Below, one piece after another: positions 26,701 to 40,156 of a stretch of 64,000 bases of DNA (positions within the stretch are counted from its first letter, which is position 1; the number at the start of each line of letters is the position of its first letter). The notes below the pieces were generated by a model. That model was given only the letters and a program-made list of their open reading frames with translations, was not told the DNA's origin and made no database searches. The DNA is from Eledone cirrhosa (lineage: Eukaryota). Location of the stretch: positions 28,396,001 through 28,460,000 of the forward strand of contig OZ024764.1 in the NCBI GenBank assembly GCA_964016885.1, given 5' to 3'. Both the position numbers and the translations under genes were made by a program.

Positions 26701-28994
26701 GTGAGAGAATTCTGGCCAGTTACGGCCGATTTTAACAGAAAGAGGTGAGAGAATTCTGGCCAGTTACGGCTGGTTTTAACAGAAAGAGGTGAGAGAATTC
26801 TGGCCATTTACAGCCGGTTTTAACAGAAAGAGGTGAGAGAATTCTGGCCAGTTACGGCTGGTTTTAACAGAAAGAGGTGAGAGAATTCTGGCCATTTACA
26901 GCCGGTTTGAACAGAAAGAGTGTGAGAGAATTCTGGCCAGTTACGGCCGGTTTTAACAGAAAGAGGTGAGAGAATTCTGGCCAGTTACAGCCAGTTTGAA
27001 CACAAAGAGGTGAGAGAATTCTGGCCATTTACAGCCAGTTTGAACAGAAAGAGGTGAGAGAATTCTGGCCATTTACAGCCGGTTTCAACAGAAAGAGGTG
27101 AGAGAATTCTGGCCAGTTACAGCCGGTTTTAACAGAAAGAGGTGAGAGAATTCTGGCCAGTTACGGCCGGTTTTAACAGAAAGAGGTGAGAGAATTCTGG
27201 CCATTTACAGCCGGTTTTAACAGAAAGAGGTGAGAGAATTCTGGCCAGTTACAGCCGGTTTGAACAGAAAGAGGTGAGAGAATTCTGGCCAGTTACGGCC
27301 GGTTTTAACAGAAAGAGGTGAGAGAATTCTGGCCAGTTACGGCCGGTTTTAACAGAAAGAGGAGAGAGAATTCTGGCCAGTTACGGCCGGTTTTAACAGA
27401 AAGAGGTGAGAGAATTCTGGCCATTTACAGCCGGTTTGAACAGAAAGAGGTGAGAGAATTCTGGCCAGTTACAGCCAGTTTGAACAGAAAGAGGTGAGAG
27501 AATTCTGGCCATTTACAGCCGGTTTGAACAGAAAGAGGTGAGAGAATTCTGGCCATTTACAGCCGGTTTGAACAGAAAGAGGTGAGAGAATTCTGGCCAG
27601 TTACAGCCAGTTTGAACAGAAAGAGGTGAGAGAATTCTGGCCAGTTACAGCCAGTTTGAACAGAAAGAGGTGAGAGAATTCTGGCCATTTACAGCCGGTT
27701 TGAACAGAAAGAGGTGAGAGAATTCTGGCCATTTACAGCCGGTTTTAACAGAAAGAGGTGAGAGAATTCTGGCCATTTACAGCCGGTTTGAACAGAAAGA
27801 GGTGAGAGAATTCTGGCCATTTACAGCCGGTTTTAACAGAAAGAGGTGAGAGAATTCTGACCAGTTACAGCCAGTTTGAACAGAAAGAGGTGAGAGAATT
27901 CTGGCCATTTACAGCCGGTTTGAACAGAAAGAGGTGAGAGAATTCTGGCCATTTACAGCCGGTTTGAACAAAAAGAGGTGAGAGAATTCTGGCCATTTAC
28001 AGCCGGTTTGAACAGAAAGAGGTGAGAGAATTCTGACCAGTTACAGCCAGTTTGAACAGAAAGAGGTGAGAGAATTCTGGCCATTTACAGCCGGTTTGAA
28101 CAAAAAGAGGTGAGAGAATTCTGGCCATTTACAGCCAGTTTGAACAGAAAGAGGTGAGAGAATTCTGGCCATTTACAGCCGGTTTCAACAGAAAGAGGTG
28201 AGAGAATTCTGGCCAGTTACAGCCGGTTTTAACAGAAAGAGGTGAGAGAATTCTGGCTAGTTACGGCCGGTTTTAACAGAAAGAGGTGAGAGAATTCTGG
28301 CCATTTACAGCCGGTTTTAACAGAAAGAGGTGAGAGAATTCTGGCCAGTTACAGCCGGTTTGAACAGAAAGAGGTGAGAGAATTCTGGCCAGTTACGGCC
28401 GGTTTTAACAGAAAGAGGTGAGAGAATCCTGGCCAGTTACGGCCGGTTTTAACAGAAAGAGGTGAGAGAATTCTGGCCAGTTACGGCCGGTTTTAACAGA
28501 AAGAGGTGAGAGAATTCTGGCCAGTTACGGCCGGTTTTAACAGAAAGAGGTGAGAGAATTCTGGCCATTTACAGCCGGTTTGAACAGAAAGAGGTGAGAG
28601 AATTCTGGCCAGTTACAGCCAGTTTGAACAGAAAGAGGTGAGAGAATTCTGGCCATTTACAGCCGGTTTGAACAGAAAGAGGTGAGAGAATTCTGGCCAT
28701 TTACAGCCGGTTTGAACAGAAAGAGGTGAGAGAATTCTGGCCATTTACAGCCAGTTTGAACAGAAAGAGGTGAGAGAATTCTGGCCAGTTACAGCCAGTT
28801 TGAACAGAAAGAGGTGAGAGAATTCTGGCCATTTACAGCCGGTTTGAACAGAAAGAGGTGAGAGAATTCTGGCCATTTACAGCCGGTTTTAACAGAAAGA
28901 GGTGAGAGAATTCTGGCCAGTTACAGCCGGTTTGAACAGAAAGAGGTGAGAGAATTCTGGCCGAATATGGCCAGTTTAAATGCTAAAGGGTTAA
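23749..28994 (+). mobile_element. piggyBac-like MITE (family A) expanded to 5.2 kb by an internal 44-bp array
   Basis: TTAA-CCCTTTAGCATT ... AATGCTAAAGGG-TTAA (12-bp TIRs, TTAA on both sides); body matches compact copies at 54898-55682 and 58512-58870. Confidence 0.88.
23900..28962. repeat. 44-bp tandem array (~115 copies), GAATTC in almost every unit
   Basis: Unit CAGTTACGGCCGGTTTTAACAGAAAGAGGTGAGAGAATTCTGGC. Confidence 0.97.
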
Positions 28995-29153
28995 CGCACT
29001 ATTACTCAATGTCTTTTATTTTAAAATCTACTTTTTATCACATAAAATTTGGTGATGGGGAGGGGGGGGAAGCAAATTTTCATTGCAAAAATCCGGCCAG
29101 GAGAAAAAAAAGTTTGGGAACCCCTGGAGCTCTGATGATACAGATATACTTAC

Positions 29154-29240
29154 AGGTCGTAATAAGGGCTGTAGACGAGTGAGACACATGACTACAGCCT
29201 CTATCAACTGATAATCGGTTTCTCTGTATGACTCTAGTGA
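29154..29240 (-). CDS. NF1: Neurofibromin exon: SLESYRETDYQLIEAVVMCLTRLQPLLRP
   Basis: CAG|TCA...CCT|GTAAGT, 87 nt; matches human LIEATVIALTKLQPLL. Confidence 0.95.
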
Positions 29241-29297
29241 CTGAAAAAGAAAAAAAAAGGACATCAATAACGACAATGATGATGATGATGATGGTTA

Positions 29298-29528
29298 TCA
29301 TTTACATTACTCTATATATACTATTGTATTGTCACAGTAAAGGCTTTACCTCACATAATACCTCACATAACATTTACATTACTCTATATATACTATTGTA
29401 TTGTCACAGTAAAGGCTTTACCTCACATAATACCTCACATAACATTTACATTACTCTATATATACTATTGTATTGTCACAGTAAAGGCTTTACCTCACAT
29501 AACATTTACATTACACTATATATACTAT
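29298..29528 (+). repeat. 72-bp repeat from the MITE family A left end (~3 copies)
   Basis: CATTTACATTACTCTATATATACTATTGTATTGTCACAGTAAAGGCTTTACCTCACATAA..., same as 52600-53310. Confidence 0.85.
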
Positions 29529-29529
29529 C

Positions 29530-29860
29530 GAAAGGTTGGTGAATGTAGCAAAAGTGGCGCGAGTGAATGGGCCTTCTCTGTATATAAACCTGTAGGTAGA
29601 GGAAGATAAACAGAGGGAAGACAGGAACACCTTCAAAACGTGTTCCTGCTGTTGAGGGTTGTTCTATCCACGGGGTGTAAAACAACCCTAAAGTAATGTT
29701 CTCCCCTACTGGGGATTTCAACTGTTATTTTATTATATATAGTTTATTGTTATTATTAATGTTAAAGTTATATGATTTTTATGTAAAACCCTCGCCGTCA
29801 CGTCTTGTATTGTCCCATTTTTGTACGCCCCTGTGACAAATAAAGATATCCATCTATCTA
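29530..29860 (+). mobile_element. LINE 3' end (L1/Tx1-like ORF2 C-terminus + 3'UTR); related copy at 61310-61680 (-)
   Basis: Encodes ERLVNVAKVARVNGPSLYINL*; the second copy encodes [43 protein letters not shown]; both end CCCCTGTG..AATAAAG followed by simple sequence. Confidence 0.6.
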
Positions 29861-29989
29861 AATAGATATTGCAGAAAATAGGTTGCTTATACGCAGTTGT
29901 TACATTGTAAATTTACATCCATCCAGTGCTAGAATAAAATGCACCGAGTACACTCTGAAAATTGGTTGGATGTAATGTAGAGTAGAGAG

Positions 29990-30305
29990 TCCTTCCGTAC
30001 TTCCCGAAATTCGCCAACACCACACCTCATCTTCCCGCTCCATACATACACATGTATGTATCTGTATGTATATCATGACTCATACACTTCACTTTCCTGA
30101 CATTTGTACATTATTCTATGTACTATACATGCACCTTTGATGAGTTGTAGTGCACCTGAGCACTGTACACAATAATTTTCATTATATCATGACTCTTACA
30201 CTGTTCATTTGCCTGACATTTGTACATTATTCTATGTACTATACATGCACCTTTGATGAGTTGTAGTGCACCTGAGCACTGTACACAATAATTTTCATTA
30301 TTATT
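29990..30305 (+). mobile_element. CR1-like LINE 3'UTR with duplicated terminal ~120 bp
   Basis: Reverse complement of 49510-49710; ends AATTTTCATTATTATT. Confidence 0.75.
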
Positions 30306-30419
30306 TAACTTTTGGGGGATAAGCCATCCGAGCGATCAAAAAGCCCTTCACGTGATGACTGCTGTCATTACAACAAGATGGTTATACATGGCCAGCAGCA
30401 TATCCCAATGATTGCGTAA

Positions 30420-30470
30420 GGATCTGATGAAGTCACATGCATGACCATGTAACAGAAATACGTATCATAC
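30420..30470 (+). ncRNA. Minimal type I hammerhead ribozyme motif (weak stem I)
   Basis: GGAT-CTGATGA-A-GTCACATG-CATGAC-CATGTAAC-A-GAAA-TACGTA-TC-ATAC: intact core, 7/8 stem II, palindromic TACGTA stem III, AUC cleavage triplet. Confidence 0.65.
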
Positions 30471-30485
30471 AATAAAACAATTATG

Positions 30486-30826
30486 GAGGCACATGGCTTA
30501 GTGGTTAGAGCATTGGCCTTGCAATCGAAAGGTTGTGAGTTCAATTCTCAGACCGGGTGATGTGTTGTTTCCTTGAGCAAGACACTTCATTTCACATTGC
30601 TCCAGTTTACTCAGCTGTAGAAATGAGATGATAGGGACTGGGGTCCCTATCATTCCACTGCAAAGTGGTCGTGGAGGTGCCACGGCAAAAAAGCACCCAG
30701 CACTCACTGTAAATGAGGTTGGTGTTAGGAAGGGCATCCAGCTGTAGAAATCAAGCCAGAATCAGTTCCCGTCCCACCCTTGCAAGCAGGGAAAAGTGGA
30801 CGTAAAAAAAAAAAAAAAAAAAAAAT
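30486..30826 (+). mobile_element. Full-length tRNA-derived SINE with RTE-type 3' tail and poly(A)
   Basis: Pol III A box TGGCTTAGTGG and B box GTTCAATTC; central TCCTTGAGCAAGACAC; tail CCCTTGCAAGCAGGGAAAAGTGGACGTAAAA matches the RTE 3' end at 51740-51775. Confidence 0.9.
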
Positions 30827-31051
30827 AGTCATATAAGCCTGTCTTAACTACTCTCATTTGATATATAAATTGATAGATAGATAAATAGTTGCTGTGTTGT
30901 TTATCAGTATGTATAATGACTTAACAGGTGTAAACAGGGAAGAGCACTCTACGTCAGTTGTTTCAATCCCACTTAGACGTACACACTGATATGTAGACAC
31001 ACAGACACACTGATATATATATATATATATATATATTTTGCTATTCATTAC

Positions 31052-31166
31052 CTTCATCATGATTATAAGAAGCTGTTTAATTTCAGAGTCTGAGACAGTT
31101 TTGCTGATACAGCCAAATACGATGATGGCCCGGGGTTGTAGAGCAGGGTTATACTGGAATGCAAAC
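31052..31166 (-). CDS. NF1: Neurofibromin exon: (Q)[38 protein letters not shown]
   Basis: TAG|G...AAG|GTAATG, 115 nt; matches human [23 protein letters not shown]. Confidence 0.97.
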
Positions 31167-31189
31167 CTACAAGAAAGAATGAAAGCAAC

Positions 31190-33665
31190 AATAAGAGACA
31201 ATGACTCAGGGTTGTAGAACAACACTGAGAGACAATGACCCAGGGTTGTAGAGCTACAAAGAGAGACAATGACCCAGGGTTGTAGAACAACACTGAGAGA
31301 CAATGAGCCAGGGTTGTAGAGCTACAAAAAGAGACAATGACCCAGGGTTGTAGAGCTACAAAGAGAGACAATGACCCAGGGTTGTAGAACAACACTGAGA
31401 GACAATGACCCAGGGTTGTAGAGCTACAAAAAGAGACAATGACCCAGGGTTGTAGAGCTACAAAAAGAGACAATGACCCAGGGTTGTAGAGCTACAAAGA
31501 GAGACAATGACCCAGGGTTGTAGAGCTACAAAGAGAGACAATGACCCAGGGTTGTAGAGCTACAAAAAGAGACAATGACCCAGGGTTGTAGAGCTACAAA
31601 AAGAGACAATGACCCAGGGTTGTAGAGCTACAAAGAGAGACAATGACCCAGGGTTGTAGAGCTACAAAGAGAGAAAATGACCCAGGGTTGTAGAACAACA
31701 CTGAGAGACAATGACCCAGGGTTGTAGAGCTACAAAAAGAGACAATGACCCAGGGTTGTAGAGCTACAAAGAGAGAAAATGACCCAGGGTTGTAGAGCTA
31801 CAAAAAGAGACAATGACCCAGGGTTGTAGAGCTACAAAAAGAGACAATGACCCAGGGTTGTAGAGCTACAACGAGAGACAATGACCCAGGGTTGTAGAGC
31901 TACAACGAGAGACAATGACCCAGGGTTGTAGAGCTAAAAAGAGAGAAAATGACCCAGGGTTGTAGAGCTACAAAAAGAGACAATGACCCAGGGTTGTAGA
32001 GCTACAACGAGAGACAATGACCCAGGGTTGTAGAGCTAAAAAGAGAGACAATGACCCAGGGTTGTAGAGCTACAAAAAGAGACAATGACCCAGGGTTGTA
32101 GAGCTACAACGAGAGACAATGACCCAGGGTTGTAGAGCTACAAAAAGAGACAATGACCCAGGGTTGTAGAGCTACAAAGAGAGACAATGACCCAGGGTTG
32201 TAGAGCTACAAAAAGAGACAATGACCCAGGGTTGTAGAGCTACAAAGAGAGACAATGACCCAGGGTTGTAGAGCTACAAAGAGAGACAATGACCCAGGGT
32301 TGTAGAGCTACAAAGAGAGACAATAGACCCAGGGTTGTAGAGCTAAAAAGAGAGACAATGACCCAGGGTTGTAGAGCTACAAAGAGAGACAATGACCCAG
32401 GGTTGTAGAGCTACAAAGAGACAATGACCCAGGGTTGTAGAGCTACAAAGAGAGACAATGACCCAGGGTTGTAGAACAACACTGAGAGACAATGACCCAG
32501 GGTTGTAGAGCTACAAAAAGAGACAATGACCCAGGGTTGTAGATCTACAAAGAGAGACAATGACCCAGGGTTGTAGAGCTACAAAGAGAGACAATGACCC
32601 AGGGCTGTAGAGCTACAAAGAGACAATGACCCAGGGTTGTAGAGCTACAAAAAGAGACAATGACCCAGGGTTGTAGAGCTACAAAGAGAGACAATGACCC
32701 AGGGTTGTAGAACAACACTGAGAGACAATGACCCAGGGTTGTAGAGCTACAAAAAGAAACAATGACCCAGGGTTGTAGAGCTACAAAGAGAGACAATGAC
32801 CCAGGGTTGTAGAACTACAAAAAGAGACAATGACCCAGGGTTGTAGAGCTACAAAGAGAGACAATGACCCAGGGTTGTAGAGCTACAAAGAGAGACAATG
32901 ACCCAGGGTTGTAGAGCTACAAAAAGAGACAATGACCCAGGGTTGTAGAACAACACTGAGAGACAATGACCCAGGGTTGTAGAGCTACAAAGAGAGACAA
33001 TGACCCAGGGTTGTAGAGCTACAACGAGAGACAATGACCCAGGGTTGTAGAGCTACAAAGAGAGACAATGACCCAGGGTTGTAGAGATACAAAGAGAGAC
33101 AATGACCCAGGGTTGTAGAGCTACAAAGAGAGACAATGACCCAGGGTTGTAGAACAACACTGAGAGACAATGACCCAGGGTTGTAGAGCTACAAAGAGAG
33201 ACAATGACCCAGGGTTGTAGAGCTACAAAGAGAGACAATGACCCAGGGTTGTAGAGCTACAAAGAGAGACAATGACCCAGGATTGTAGAGCTACAAAGAG
33301 AGACAATGACCCAGGGTTGTAGAGCTACAAAAAGAGACAATGACCCAGGGTTGTAGAGCTACAAAAAGAGACAATGACCCAGGATTGTAGAGCTACAAAG
33401 AGAGACAATGACCCAGGGTTGTAGAGCTACAACGAGAGACAATGACCCCGGGTTGTAGAGCTACAAAAAGAGACAATGACCCAGGGTTGTAGAGCTACAA
33501 AGAGAGACAATGACCCAGGGTTGTAGAGCTACAAAGAGAGACAATGACCCAGGGTTGTAGAGCTACAAAGAGAGACAATGACCCAGGGTTGTAGAGCTAC
33601 AAAAAGAGACAATGACCCAGGGTTGTAGAGCTACAACGAGAGACAATGACCCAGGGTTGTAGAGC
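31190..33665 (-). repeat. 34-bp minisatellite (~70 copies) derived from NF1 exon plus acceptor sequence
   Basis: Plus-strand unit GAGACAATGACCCAGGGTTGTAGAGCTACAAAGA; 18/20 identity to exon 31125-31144, and each unit carries TTTGTAG on the minus strand. Confidence 0.93.
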
Positions 33666-34490
33666 AAATCTCATTAATTACTGGCTCTATTCCTATCACT
33701 CCTCAAAACCAGTCACTTTCATCCTTCTTTAACACATGACCGAGCCATCTCATTCATTACTGGCTCTATTCACATCAAAATAAGAATATAAAGCACTGCA
33801 CTTACTTGTTGGGGTGGGCCATGTAGCCAATAAAAACACAAGCACTAGTTGATTTCTGAGAAAGACAAGATGGAGTAGACGAAACAAGACCAGAACAAAG
33901 AGGCACAGAGGAATATAAATAGTTATTGATGAGGTCACAGAATGTGTGACGAAAGGGCTTTTATTGTTTTAGAAGATAATGAACTAATAATAATTGTTTC
34001 TACTTTAGGCACAAGGCCAGCAATTACCCCAGTGTATTACTGGTACTTTATTTTATCGACTCCGTAAGGATGAGAGGCAAAGTTAACCTCGGCGGTATTT
34101 GAAGTCAGACCATAAAGGGCCGTAACTCTATGCTGCAAAGCATGGCGTCTGACCCTCTACCGATACTGCCAAATGATTTCTATTATAAGCAATATGGGGA
34201 GAGGGCATCTTGATTAAGTCGACCCCAGTTCGTTACTGGTACTTTATTTTATCGAACATCCCCCACCCCACCCCGTAGGGATGAAAGGCAAAGCTAACCT
34301 CGGCAGGATCTGAACTCAGAATGCAAAGGGCCATAACTCCGTGTCGCAAATAAAACTGAAATGAAAATATAATAGTGCTTGTGTTTTTATTGGCAACATT
34401 AACCCCCGCCCCCTCCTCCCCCCATATAATAACACCTGATTTTACAACAAGAAGCTTGCAAAACAAATACATTAACAGGGCTTTACTTAC

Positions 34491-34552
34491 TGTTTTGCCA
34501 AATTAGTCCACTGATTTAGCCATTCACAGGAAGGAATGTCTTTCATACATGC
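34491..34552 (-). CDS. NF1: Neurofibromin exon: [20 protein letters not shown](Q)
   Basis: CAG|GCA...CA|GTAAGT, 62 nt; matches human [20 protein letters not shown]. Confidence 0.96.
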
Positions 34553-34579
34553 CTGAAAAATTATATTTAAAAAAATATA

Positions 34580-37072
34580 TTAACCCTTTCATTACCATAT
34601 TTATAATGAAAGACACTGTCTATCACATTAACCCTTTCATTACCATATATATAATGAAAGACACTGTCTATGTCATTAACCCTTTCATTACCATATTTAT
34701 AATGAAAGACACTGTCTATGTCATTAAATCCTTTCATTACCATATTTCTAATGAAAGACACTGTCTATGTCATTAACCCTTTCATTACCATATTTATAAT
34801 GAAAGACACTGTCTATGTCATTAAATCCTTTCATTACCATATTTATAATGAAAGACACTGTCTATGTCATTAACCCTTTCATTACCATATTTCTAATCAA
34901 AGACACTGTCTATCTCATTAACCCTTTCATTACCATATTTCTAATGAAAGACACTGTCTATGTCATTAACCCTTTCATTACCATATTTCTAATGAAAGAC
35001 ACTGTCTATGTCATTAACCCTTTCATTACCATATTTATAATGAAAGACACTGTCTATGTCATTAACCCTTTCATTACCATATTTATAATGAAAGACACTA
35101 TGTCATTAACCCTTTCATTACCATATTTATAATGAAAGACACTGTCTATGACATTAACCCTTTCATTACCATATTTCTAATGAAAGACACTGTCTATGTC
35201 ATTAACCCTTTCATTACCATATTTCTAATGAAAGACACTGTCTATGTCATTAACCCTTTCATTACCATATTTATAATGAAAGACACTGTCTATGTCATTA
35301 ACCCTTTCATTACCATATTTATAATGAAAGACACTGTCTATGTCATTAAATCCTTTCATTACCATATTTATAATGAAAGACACTGTCTATGTCATTAACC
35401 CTTTCATTACCATATTTATAATGAAAGACACTGTCTATGACATTAACCCTTTCATTACCATATTTCTAATGAAAGACACTGTCTATGTCATTAACCCTTT
35501 CATTACCATATTTCTAATGAAAGACACAGTCTATGTCATTAACCCTTTCACTACCATATTTCTAATGAAAGACACTGTCTATGTCATTAACCCTTTCATT
35601 ACCATATTTATAATGAAAGACACTGTCTATGTCATTAAATCCTTTCATTACCATATTTCTAATGAAAGACACTGTCTATGTCATTAACCCTTTCATTACC
35701 ATATTTATAATGAAAGACACTGTCTATGTCATTAAATCCTTTCATTACCATATTTATAATGAAAGACACTGTCTATGTCATTAACCCTTTCATTACCATA
35801 TTTCTAATGAAAGACACTGTCTATCTCATTAACCCTTTCATTACCATATTTATAATGAAAGACACTGTCTATGTCATTAACCCTTTCATTACCATATTTC
35901 TAATGAAAGACACTGTCTATGACATTAACCCTTTCATTACCATATTTCTAATGAAAGACACTGTCTATGTCATTAACCCTTTCATTACCATATTTCTAAT
36001 GAAAGACACTGTCTATGACATTAACCCTTTCATTACCATATTTCTAATGAAAGACACTGTCTATGTCATTAACCCTTTCATTACCATATTTCTAATGAAA
36101 GACACTGTCTATGTCATTAACCCTTTCATTACCATATTTCTAATGAAAGACACTGTCTATGTCATTAACCCTTTCATTACCATATTTATAATGAAAGATA
36201 CTGTCTATGACATTAACCCTTTCATTACCATATTTCTGAGGAAAGACACTGTCTATGTCATTAACCCTTTCATTACCATATTTATAATGAAAGACACTGT
36301 CTATGTCATTAACCCTTTCATTACCATATTTATAATGAAAGACACTGTCTATGTCATTAACCCTTTCATTACCATATTTATAATGAAAGACACTGTCTAT
36401 GACATTAACCCTTTCATTACCATATTTCTGAGGAAAGACACTGTCTATGTCATTAACCCTTTCATTACCATATTTATAATGAAAGACACTGTCTATGTCA
36501 TTAACCCTTTCATTACCATATTTATAATGAAAGACACTGTCTATGTCATTAACCCTTTCATTACCATATTTCTAATGAAAGACAGTCTATGACATTAACC
36601 CTTTCATTACCATATTTCTAATGAAAGACACAGTCTATGTCATTAACCCTTTCATTACCATATTTCTAATGAAAGACACAGTCTATGTCATTAACCCTTT
36701 CACTACCATATTTCTAATGAAAGACACTGTCTATGTCATTAACCCTTTCATTACCATATTTCTAATGAAAGACACTGTCTATGTCATTAACCCTTTCATT
36801 ACCATATTTATAATGAAAGAACTGTCTATGTCATTAACCCTTTCATTATCATATTTCTAATGAAAGATACTGTCTATGTCATTAACCCTTTCATTACCAT
36901 ATTTCTAATGAAAGACGCTGTCTATGTCATTAACCCTCTAATTACCATATTTCTAATGAAAGACACTGTCTATGTCATTAACCCTTTCACTACCATATTT
37001 CTAATGAAAGACACTGTCTATGTCTTTAACCCTTTCATTACTATATTTCTAATGAAAGACACTGTCTATGAT
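34580..37072 (+). repeat. 48-bp array (~52 copies) of a TTAA-MITE (family B) terminus
   Basis: Unit TTAACCCTTTCATTACCATATTT(A/C)TAATGAAAGACACTGTCTATGTCA with internal inverted repeat CTTTCATTA/TAATGAAAG. Confidence 0.93.
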
Positions 37073-37249
37073 TTTCAAATAATTTTGAATATAATAAACA
37101 ATTTGGAGAATTTTAGGAAAATTTCTTTTGAATGAAACAGTTCTAATCCTGTAGAAGCCATTTCTATATTAAACATGATGTTTACACTTTACTAATGTAT
37201 TGAGTACCTTACTTACTGTGGTTACCCCCGATGAACCCAGGACACACAC

Positions 37250-38810
<1,561 letters not shown>

Positions 38811-38818
38811 GTGTTTAC

Positions 38819-39039
38819 CTCCATGATTTCCAACAAGGCGTCTGTAATAGTTTCCAATGAGTTGAGGGAAAGTTTTTCATGTTCCGGTGACGATGTAGTG
38901 AAGGATTTATCTCCAAGATGGTAACTAGTGCGAAAAGCACTCACTGCTGCAGACTTCACCTTACTGATGCCAAACAATTGGTAAAATTTAGGAAGTGAGA
39001 ATTCAGCCAAATTTAGTTTCAGAGCCTTTAATGTGGGTT
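38819..39039 (-). CDS. NF1: Neurofibromin exon: (E)[39 protein letters not shown]...[13 protein letters not shown]
   Basis: CAG|AA...GAG|GTAAAC, 221 nt; matches human [28 protein letters not shown]. Confidence 0.98.
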
Positions 39040-39379
39040 CTGCAAAGAAAATATGGAATATTACTTTTGAAGGGTCTTTTGAGTAAGGTTACTTTATAGA
39101 GTGCGAAGCTAAGAGATCAGAGTCACTCCAGGTAGGGCTGCTACATAAGGGAAGATTGATGCCTGTGTGGGTGTACGTTTGGTTTGGAGGGGCCTACAGA
39201 CTGTAGATTAACTTTGCACGTAGGGAAGGCAGGTCTTCTTTATTACTGTGTGGCACCAAAGATCTCGATCAAGTGACAGAGAGGTGTAAAGGTGTAAATC
39301 AAATTAAGTAATTTGTGTTTTTATTTGCAGTTACCTGAGTAAAAGTTGGAGGTGGGTTTAATATGTCGGGTGGTGATAT

Positions 39380-39662
39380 CATCATCATCATCATCATCTT
39401 CGTTTAATGTCCATTTTCCACGCTAGCATGGGTCTGGACAGGAATTGTCCCACTTGAGGCAAGATTGGTTGTCTTGCTCAGGACTGTCTGGCGGGTTTTC
39501 TACGGCTGGATGCCCTTCCTAACACCAACCACGTTTACAGTGTGGACTGGGAGGTTTTTACCGTGTTACCTACACGGCCACATTACAGCGTGGACTGTGT
39601 GTTTTTTTGTCGTGACACCTACACGAGCTCATTTATTTAGGACTGGATGTTGTGGTATGCCA
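39380..39662 (-). mobile_element. SINE 3' part with RTE-like tail
   Basis: Reverse copy of the 17358-17552 family; a direct repeat TGTGTTTTTATTTGCAGTTACCTG lies on both sides (~39314 and ~39679). Confidence 0.8.
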
Positions 39663-39867
39663 TCAAATTAATTCCTTATGTGTTTTTATTTGCAGTTACC
39701 TGTGAAAAAGGGTCAACACACAACAAAGAGTGTATAATAAATGTGAGCAACTACAAGTTCTCTTTGGTCATCAATGGACTCTCCAATGACATTGTCTTAT
39801 ATATATAGGAAGAATCCACCCCAGTACTAGACAGATTAAGTGGATTAAATGGTGAATAAATACTTAC

Positions 39868-40008
39868 CAGAAAAGTGTAATTGAGGGCAGGTACACAATG
39901 AATGAATGATGTTAATGACAAGACCATGTGTGGAAGCTCGTAATGATAATGGCCCCGTTGATACCAGCAATGTCACTATGTGGAAAAGATACGGAAGGTG
40001 GCTGGCAA
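39868..40008 (-). CDS. NF1: Neurofibromin exon: (V)ASHLPYLFHIVTLLVSTGPLSLRASTHGLVINIIHSLCTCPQLHFS(E)
   Basis: CAG|TT...G|GTAAGT, 141 nt; near-identical to human. Confidence 0.98.
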
Positions 40009-40120
40009 CTGGAAAAGGAGAAATAACACATACATAAATACATGTGAATGTGTGTGGCCTAATGGTAAGCATCTGCGGAAGGGATATATTAGGTTAACGC
40101 TTGATGTAGCAGGAAGGGGG

Positions 40121-40156
40121 TCTTAACGTTTCGGACGCTAGTCCTTCATCAGAAGA
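40121..40156 (-). ncRNA. Minimal type I hammerhead motif (same family as 18425-18460), NF1-sense
   Basis: Plus strand TCTTAACGTTTCGGACGCTAGTCCTTCATCAGAAGA is the exact reverse complement of the 18425 motif. Confidence 0.75.

Noticed and set aside
30486-30560. Possible tRNA genes (also 17555, 23430-23497, 41190-41260, 58284)
   Set aside because: A/B boxes are present but there is no complete cloverleaf or acceptor stem, and they continue into shared SINE bodies.
34549-37135. Repetitive '[15 protein letters not shown]' ORFs, and the ATGAAAGACA match to the adjacent NF1 exon (MKDI)
   Set aside because: A 48-bp unit (multiple of 3) gives open frames by chance. The 10-nt match is on the opposite strand and the unit is explained by a MITE terminus also seen at 59153-59949.
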